The notes beneath the pieces are model-generated. The model saw only the letters and a program-made list of their open reading frames with translations, ran no database searches and was not told where the DNA came from. 64,000 bases of DNA from Octopus sinensis (lineage: Eukaryota): the NCBI RefSeq assembly GCF_006345805.1, contig NC_043014.1:20336001-20400000 (forward strand). The letters are read 5' to 3'. Within the stretch, counting starts at the first letter, position 1. Each line of letters starts with the position of its first letter. Shown here one piece after another: positions 56,225-64,000 of the stretch. Both the position numbers and the translations under genes were made by a program.

Positions 56225-56503
56225 GAAACTATTGTAAGTGAAAGCATATGATAGTGAAATTATTATATCACGTTACAACAGGGATGTTGTTTCATTTTTC
56301 ACATACAATACCGAAACATTGTAAGAGATTGCTCCGGGCTCGCATTAGGCAAGAAGTTGAAAACGTTTTGGGGTCATGGACATGTGTAAGGCACGTGTAA
56401 AATTTGAATTAATACGGTTGGGTAGTTCTCGAGTTTTAGTGAAGCACACATACACACAGACAGCAGACAGACAGACAGACATTCTCAGTTTTATATGTAT
56501 AGA
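56225..56503 (-). mobile_element. Non-autonomous Helitron/DINE-like element, 5' part
   Basis: Minus strand begins A|TCTATAC, then (TCTG)n, then the core shared with 18345-18720. Confidence 0.55.
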
Positions 56504-56909
56504 TGCCAATTAAAGTGAATACAGAAATTGATACAGTTGCATATTCATATTTCTGTTTATTTTTTGTTTTTTACATTTAATTATACAACATAATTGGTTT
56601 AGATATGACCAATTATGAAACAATTTTACTCTGTAATTAACCGTAAAAATAAAAATAAAAATAATGCAGATACACCAGCCTCTGTATTCATTGGAATTAT
56701 CTTGGATTTACCCTCCCTAAAATATTCATAATCCAGTGAATCGAAGCCAGGATTTACCCATCTGATAAAGTACATCGGGATAGCTCACCCTAAGTAAGCC
56801 TAGGTGCTCATAATTACTGGTTGCGGTTAACCTGAACTCGGATTATAGTACGTACCCGGATTATAGTACGTGCCGGTACGTACCCGTCTGGATAATTTAT
56901 CCCTATATA

Positions 56910-57277
56910 GGCGCAGGAGTGGCTGTGTGGTAAGTAACTTGCTTACCAGCCACATGGCTTCGGGCTCATTCCCACTGCGTGGCACCTTGGACAAGTGTCT
57001 TCCTCTATAACCTCGGGACGACCAAAGCCTTGTGAAAGAAGCCCGTCGTATATATTTATATATAGATGTATGTTTGTGTATATGTTTGTGTGTCTGTGTT
57101 TTCCCATCTCCCCCCAAATCGCTTGACAACCGATGGGTGTGTGTTTACGTCCCCGTAAATTAGCGGTTCTGCAAAAAAGACCGATAGAATAAGTCCTGGG
57201 GTCAATTTACTCGAGTAAAGGCGGTGCTCCAGCATGGCCGCAGTCAAATGACTGAAACAAGTAAAAGAGTGAAAGAG
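56910..57277 (+). mobile_element. Full-length SINE family A
   Basis: GGCGCAGGAGTGGCTGTGTGGTAAG head through GAAACAAGTAAAAGAG tail. Confidence 0.88.
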
Positions 57278-57618
57278 AGATATATTCATCGTGTGTGTGT
57301 GTGTGTGTGTCTGTGTGTGTGTTTGTGTGCGTGTATGCTCGAGTGTGCACGCGCATGCGTGTGTGTGTTTGTGTGCGTGTATGCTCGAGTGTGCACGCGC
57401 ATGCGTGTGTGTGTCTTTGTGTCTGTGTTCGTCCCCAACATTTCTTGGCATTCAAAGTTAATGTGTTTACATCCCAGTAACTTTGCTGTTCAGCCAAAGA
57501 AACGAACAACATATGAATCAGGCTTTAAAAAAATGAGTACCCGAATCGGTTCGTTCGATGAATATTCTTCAATGCGGCTCTCTAGCAGAGTCGCTGTCTA
57601 ATGAGTGAAACAAGTAAC

Positions 57619-57673
<55 letters not shown>

Positions 57674-57704
57674 TATATATTGTGTGTGTGTGTGTGTGTT
57701 TGTG

Positions 57705-57754
<50 letters not shown>

Positions 57755-58336
57755 ATGTTGTATGTATGTATGTATGTATGTATGTATTGCTGTAATGATA
57801 TATTGCTTTATGTCATGTTTCATTGCTTCATGAAATTGCTTACTTTGTCCCAGACATGTCAAATGGAACGGATCCATAGGTGTAGATGTGTGTATACCCA
57901 TAAATGCGTACAAGTATGTGTGATGTTATGTGCATATATATGTGTGTATATAGACATCTGTGAATATTTTCATTTGGGTAAATATTACATGTGTTTTGTA
58001 TGTCTTGCTATTTACATACGCTAATGTGCGTAGAGGCATAAGCGCAAGGACGAAAAATAGTGCAGCAGAGTGTGTTTGTAACTATACTTAAGCGTATGTT
58101 GTGATATATATGTGTGTGAGTGTGTGTGTGTGCGTATGTGTGTGCGTGAGTGTATGTATGTATGTGTATATATGAATACATATAGTGATATATATGGTGG
58201 AGTGGGTGGAAGTGTGTGTTTATGCACGTGTATACGTATGCATGTAAGTATATGTATGTGTGTGTATGTATATATTTTGATAGATCGCTAGCCACGACAC
58301 GTTCATTATTTTCTCTCCTTGTTTCTTTCTGTGTTC

Positions 58337-58372
58337 CTTTCTGTGGAAGAGCGTAGGCTCGAAACGTTAAAG
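58337..58372 (+). ncRNA. Hammerhead-like motif (family 4, A6 replaced by U)
   Basis: CTTT-CTGTGGA-A-GAGC/GTAG/GCTC-GAAA-CGT-T-AAAG; palindromic ACGT stem III; lies in a 58279-58468 element between microsatellites. Confidence 0.55.
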
Positions 58373-58465
58373 ACTTTCTCACTTCCTGAGCGTTATACTA
58401 GTACATCTGTTTGTTGTCTACACAGCTGTCTTCGTCTTTTGTTTTTTTTTTGTGAATTCTCCACC

Positions 58466-58497
<32 letters not shown>

Positions 58498-59216
58498 TGT
58501 ATGTATATACATATGGAGATATACATTGTGGAGCGGCGAAAGTGTGTGTTTATGTACGTGTATACGTATGTATATAACTATACATAAGTGTGTGTATGTA
58601 AATATAAGTATATGTATGTATATATGTTTGTGAGCGTGTATGTGTGTTTATATGCGTGTGATGATGTATGTATGTATATATGTGTATATGCACATGTATA
58701 TAAGAGTATCTTGTCATATATGTGAGTACAATAGCCACTAAAAGATTTACGACCAACAAAAGCCCCTGACCGAGTTAGCCGGAATCACTGGTCCCTTGAA
58801 TCACACCGTGATACTAGAATGGTAGGACATTTATCAAAGATTCTAATGACATCTATTTAACTCTCGTATGGGAGCGTGTGTGTGTACACAGGGCAGCAAG
58901 TGTACTTACTAACGCAAATAATGTTTTAATTTATTGTATGTTTTATTTCTATTTTTATTTTTCGTTTCTTTTTTTCTTAATTTTTTCCCTGGTTTGTCAA
59001 TAAAGCTGCAACGGAAACCGTCCTTCACCATTCTTCTCTAACGGCTTAAACATACTGTTACTAACAACATGCTATATTAAAATCGAGTGAAACAGAATTT
59101 ATACAACGAGATATCCCTTATAACGTAACCTGAGAGATGCGTCTGCACAGACGTATGTACCACAACAAGTCGTACAGTGTTCCACTCGCTAGGGGTAGAT
59201 GCAAGAGGTGTGTGAA

Positions 59217-59540
59217 GGCGCATGGCTCATTGGTTAGAGCATCCATCTCACAGTCATCAGGTAAGGATTTCGATTCTCACAACGGGCTGTGTGTTGTGTT
59301 CTTGAGCAAGACACTTTATTTCACGTTGCTCCAGTTCACTCACCTGTAGGAAATGAGTTGCGACGTCACAGGTGCCAAGCTGTATCGGCCTTTGCCTTTC
59401 CCTCGGATAATAATGGTGGCGGGGAGAGGGGAGGCTGGTATGCATGGGCAACTGCTGGTCTTGCATAATCAACCTTGCCTAGGAGGGAAACTTTCTAGGT
59501 ACAATCCCATGGTCATTCATGACCGAAGGGGGTCTTTACC
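59217..59540 (+). mobile_element. SINE family D
   Basis: Homologous to 17268-17591. Confidence 0.88.
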
Positions 59541-59579
59541 TTTTATCTTTTACATATATATATATATACATATGTGTGT

Positions 59580-59615
<36 letters not shown>

Positions 59616-59623
59616 GATAAAAG

Positions 59624-59654
<31 letters not shown>

Positions 59655-59873
59655 ACAATAATAAATCTCTGAGCGAGATATAAACAGTAACTGCTCTATA
59701 ACATAAGGGGGATCAGCCATCTGAATGTGGCTAGGGACAGGGCGGGGTGGTGGGGGTGTTACTGATGCATTTAGCCCCAGGCGATCATCAACGTCACCAG
59801 AAGGGCTGACACCATCTCGGTGTCCTTGCCAGCCTGCAAAGGGAGATCAGCCTCCCCGAAGATACGGATACTA

Positions 59874-59916
59874 CATACGGACCGGTTTCGAGGTATTTGC
59901 CTCTTATCAACGCATG
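59874..59916 (-). ncRNA. Intact minimal type I hammerhead (family 3, U3-A8)
   Basis: CATGCG-TTGATAA-GAGG/CAAATA/CCTC-GAAA-CCGGT-C-CGTATG; ACCGGT palindromic stem III; predicted cut between 59880 and 59879. Confidence 0.82.
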
Positions 59917-60233
59917 GTAAGCACCGTTCTTCGTTGAGGGACTTCCTCTACAGGCTGGATATATATGGATTTTCACAGTAACCACAGTCACTGATGTAGA
60001 AAAACCGTTCGACAACAATAATAAATCTCTGAGCGAGATATAAACAGTAACTGCTCTATAACATAAGGAGGATCAGTCATCTAAATGTGGCTAGGGACAG
60101 GGCGGGGTGGTGGGGGTGTTACTGATGCATTTAACCCCAGGCGATCATCAACATCACCAGAAGGGCTGACACCATCTCGGTGTCCTTGCCAGCCTGCAAA
60201 GGGAGATCAGCCTCCCCGAAGATACGGATACTA

Positions 60234-60276
60234 CATACGGACCGGTTTCGAGGTATTTGCCTCTTATCAACGCATG
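60234..60276 (-). ncRNA. Intact minimal type I hammerhead (family 3, U3-A8)
   Basis: Identical to 59874-59916; predicted cut between 60240 and 60239. Confidence 0.82.
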
Positions 60277-60293
60277 GTAAGCACCGTTCTTCG

Positions 60294-60524
60294 TTGTAAG
60301 CCATTAAAGAAACACACAAAAGCCGTTCGATTCATTTCAACATTTAAGTTTAATTTGTCAAAATATTTTCGTCGCTTTAAGACTGCGACCTGTTCACTGA
60401 CAAAAATCCGTGCTGCAGCAGTGAACAGGTCGCGGTCTTAAAGCGACGAAAATATTTTGACAAATTAAACTTAAATGTTGAAGTGAATCGAACGGCTTTT
60501 GTGTGTTTCTTAAATGGCTTACAA
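60294..60524. repeat. Palindrome with 106-bp arms and a 19-nt spacer (family 5)
   Basis: Arms 60294-60399 and 60419-60524 with 3 mismatches counted; the right arm runs on to the (TA)n at 60604. Confidence 0.95.
60354..60404 (-). ncRNA. Hammerhead-like motif with swapped core pair G3-C8 (family 5)
   Basis: TTTGTCA-GTGAACA-G-GTCGC/AGTCTTAAA/GCGAC-GAAA-ATATT-T-TGACAAA; 7-bp stem I, AATATT palindromic stem III. The mirror copy at 60419-60464 (+) lacks most of the 5' strand of stem I. Confidence 0.65.
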
Positions 60525-61416
60525 ACACCTTCCACGCTGCAATTGTTTTCGTTTCAGCACACGATCTCAGATCAAATCACTTGCTATGCAAGTACATCTC
60601 CGTAATATATATATATATATACTATATAATCTAATCCCACCAAAGAGGACCAATTTCTGCGATGAGGAGACGAAATAGGACCAACAATTGTAAACTGACG
60701 AATTCGGAATTCAACTTAAGAAGACACTGAAAATACGACTGAAGTGGTCGAGGTGCTATGGTTTTCACAATGTTTCCTGTATAATGCAACACTTTAATGA
60801 ATGATCCATAACAGACATTGGCAACATTTTCTCAAAAAGCGGGCCGCAAGAGACCTGACTCATTACCAAGATGGCCGTACCACTAAAAAAATTCAAGTTT
60901 ATTTTTCGTTAGATGCGCCATTAGGTGTGCCGATGAGGTCGTCTTTACCTTTCATAATTTTGGGGTTTATAATGTAAGTACCAGTTGCTCACTGGAGTCA
61001 ATGTGGTCGACTAGCTGCGTACCCCCAAAATCTCAGCACTCGTGCCTATAGTTAAAAGAATAAAATATTATTGGCTGTAGTATTTGTAGTGTCATTGAAG
61101 TTTCATTTTTCCTTTTTTTTCTTTTGTTAATGCATGGAGAATTTCGAATCTTACATCAAAAAAGAATTAACATTAACTTGGAACCCATGATGCATGAAAA
61201 CATGAACAAATGTCATGTGTCAATTACCAAACTAAATTTACAGATCCTAATATTGGTTAATGATGAGGCGTCTGTGTCACTATCTTCATACACAATCTGT
61301 CGATATCTTGCATACTGCCTGTTTCACATTCCAGATGTGCCAATTGCAAATGCAATTATATTTTTTTCCCTTCAATAATTTTTCCCTGCTTTTTTTCTCT
61401 TTTTCTTATTTTATAG

Positions 61417-61774
61417 CGAAATCTATGTACTTCCCGAGTTTTGCAGCCCGGATCTGCCACAATATTATAAACATTATCTATATCAATATCGATTATTAGT
61501 ACACTTTTGTCAATTTAATCATGTCAAATAACATCAGGATTATTTTTGCTCTCTGTTGGTATCTCTGTATAGTAAGATTCATAATGCTTCGACATTGCGA
61601 TTTGCTAAGGAAAATGAACGTTACCATGAACACCACAGAGCCTATAACTCTAAAGTGCTAAAACTGACCGTCCAAGAATACACAGAATATATTCGTGATA
61701 TTATTAAGTATATTGCAGTAGTTCATGGTGTTAGCATTGGATGCATTGATAAAATGCTTGTTAAGCATCGATAG
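61417..61774 (+). CDS. Two adjacent candidate exons of an unidentified gene
   Basis: Strong acceptor before 61417 with frame EIYVLPEFCSPDLPQYYKHYLYQY; second acceptor before 61573 or 61577 with KIHNASTLRFAKENERYHEHHRAYNSKVLKLTVQEYTEYIRDIIK. Donors are weak and no homolog was recognised. Confidence 0.25.
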
Positions 61775-62035
61775 AATATGTGTATTTCTCTAGAAAGACC
61801 ACACGATGCATTTAATAGATTGCATCAATATTAATCTTTTAATGGTTTCAGTTGTTGACCCGCGGAAATGCTGGCGCACGGCTTTCAAATGATATTGTCG
61901 ATTATATCAAACCTAGAATCACTGGTGGTATTTCATCGACCACGAAAGATATTGAATGCAAAGTAACAAAAAACTATGAGAGGAGGTAATACGACCAGAC
62001 ATAATTACAGCAGGCTATTTCTGTTTCGTGGTATA

Positions 62036-62078
62036 CATACATACATACATACATATATACATGCATACATATATATAC

Positions 62079-62110
<32 letters not shown>

Positions 62111-62144
62111 GAAAATATATATATGTATGTGTATATGTATGTAT

Positions 62145-62189
<45 letters not shown>

Positions 62190-62274
62190 TATAATACATA
62201 ATATATATATTATATACATATATATATATATACATACATATATATATACATATATATATATCTACATACATACA

Positions 62275-62357
<83 letters not shown>

Positions 62358-62538
62358 GAGGATAGTGGATGTAATATTATCGATAATGGCATGAAATTAC
62401 GTTTGACGCTCTGGCTGATAACTGATGAGGAATTTGTGACCAGCGTTTGTTCTCCGTCGGTCTGTGCGTCTGTGCATTCAGTGCATTTATAATGTTTTCT
62501 GTCCGTTTGTTTATTACTATACATTTTGACTTCTGAAA

Positions 62539-62569
<31 letters not shown>

Positions 62570-62720
62570 TGTATGTATGTATGCATGTATGTATGTATGT
62601 ATGCATGTATGCATGTATGTATGTATGCATGTATGTATGTATGTACGTATGTATGCATGTACGTATGTATGTATGTGTATGTATGTATGTATGCATGTAT
62701 GTATGTATGCATGCATGTTT
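62036..62720. repeat. (TA)n / (TATG)n microsatellite field
   Basis: Direct inspection. Confidence 0.95.
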
Positions 62721-62754
62721 GTATCTATATATGTATGTACATACACATAGATAA

Positions 62755-63082
62755 GGGAATGCATAGTGTTCAGTGGTTGGAGGTATTTGGTTAGCGATCG
62801 TAAGGTCGTGGGTTCGATATACGAAGCTGTGTTGTGTCCTTCAGCAAGTCACTTTACTGCACTTTCTTTATTCCAGTTAGCTGGCAAAAATGAGTTCTAC
62901 CTGTAATTAAAATGGGCCAGAATTGTCACATTTCGTGTCCCATCGAATTTCTCTGAAGACTAGGTTAACGGTACGCGTGCCTATGGAGTGTTCAGCCACT
63001 TGTACGTTAAGTTCACGTGCAGGGCGTTCCGGTGATCGTGTCAACTGGAACCCTCACCGTCGAAACCGACAGAATGTCGGTT
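62755..63082 (+). mobile_element. Degenerate SINE with a D-like head and a C-like 3' domain
   Basis: Head resembles 59217; GGAGTGTTCAGCCACTTGTACGTTAA matches the reverse complement of about 49083-49110. Confidence 0.65.
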
Positions 63083-64000
63083 AAACACATATTCTTTCCC
63101 TCGCACATATTTCATGTTACTTGATTCGCAGTGTACCTACACTTATATATGCATGTGTGTGTGTGTCTGTGTATGTGTGTGTGTATGTGTGTGTGGTGTG
63201 CTGATCATTCGACTGAAACCATTTTCCCAATAACAAAACAAAGCACATTTCTCCTTTATTTCATTTTCTTCCCTCCTTCTTTCCTTTTTTCTTCTTCTGT
63301 TCACTCTCAATTATTCTACTTTCTACACATTAAATATAATTTCTTAAAATCGATGTGAACATCAAACTAATTATTGTAACTGGTTTTTACTTTGTAATCT
63401 GTGTCGTTATTCTTCGTGCTAATTTTGAAATTGTGTCTGTGTGTGCATATATACACACACGTGCGTGTGTGTGTGTGTATACAATCAAAATAAGCAAAAG
63501 GATACCAAGAAATGCTACAGTACGACCGTTTCAAGCGCTCCATTTAATTGAACAATGCAAGCATTACATCAATTTAAATACAGTGCTATCATCAGCTGCA
63601 CAAATAGAATTTTAATCAATTGGACACATTAATACAATTTTTCTCAAATACTTTAACAAAGCAAGAAGATGGAAGAAATCCATGTTGTCGCTATTGTATC
63701 TAAGAATATATTACACTTCCAAGATAGGCATGAAGCTTACTGGGGTTATAGCTTGTAAAGGATTGTGGTTCATTTCTAATTTATCGGTATTTTATCAACT
63801 ACTAAATCTAAGACTAGAGAGCTGTGTCTGTTTGGAACGAAGGGCAAGAATGAGTTGACAGTTGGCTATATATATATATAATATATATATATATATAAGT
63901 TATCGCCAAGCTAATATGGCAGTCCATAAATATAAGACTATAGCTGCCGTTGATTAGCCCCAAGAGGCCATCGCCTCTAGCTAGCTATATGAAACACGCA

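Larger units (their letters stand above)
59654..60296 (-). mobile_element. Element F tandem (1.8 x 360 nt), retrozyme-like or PLE pseudo-LTR
   Basis: Exact 360-nt period, 5 substitutions counted in 283 nt, one HHR per unit, 3' end abuts (TA)n. Confidence 0.85.

Noticed and set aside
60655-60755. CTGACGA and CTGAAAATACGAC...GTCGAGG fragments
   Set aside because: No GAAA in the correct register and no three-stem junction.
63586-63625. Resemblance to the U6 snRNA 5' end
   Set aside because: Only short scattered matches; the ACAGAGA box and 3' part are absent.

Overview
Eukaryotic, AT-rich, microsatellite-dense DNA. The repeat families suggest a coleoid cephalopod such as Octopus (inference, not verified). 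I found no intact protein-coding gene, rRNA, true tRNA or CRISPR array; almost all listed ORFs are translations of simple repeats. The window consists of at least four tRNA-headed SINE-like families, decayed LINEs (CR1-type, RTE, RLE-type, probable L1/Tx1 ORF1), a Penelope-like element (PLE) split by a mariner, a maT/DD37D-type relic, a hAT MITE, Helitron-like pieces and a few weak candidate host exons. The main observation is a set of short elements, mostly TA-flanked, carrying minimal type I hammerhead-ribozyme (HHR) motifs, read and paired by eye. There are about 11 motifs in 5 unrelated sequence families. Core positions 3 and 8 covary (C-G, U-A, G-C) and stem III is mostly palindromic (dimer-type). 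They occur as a 360-nt head-to-tail tandem (retrozyme-like) and as three head-to-head fold-back structures. Catalytic activity and expression are untested.
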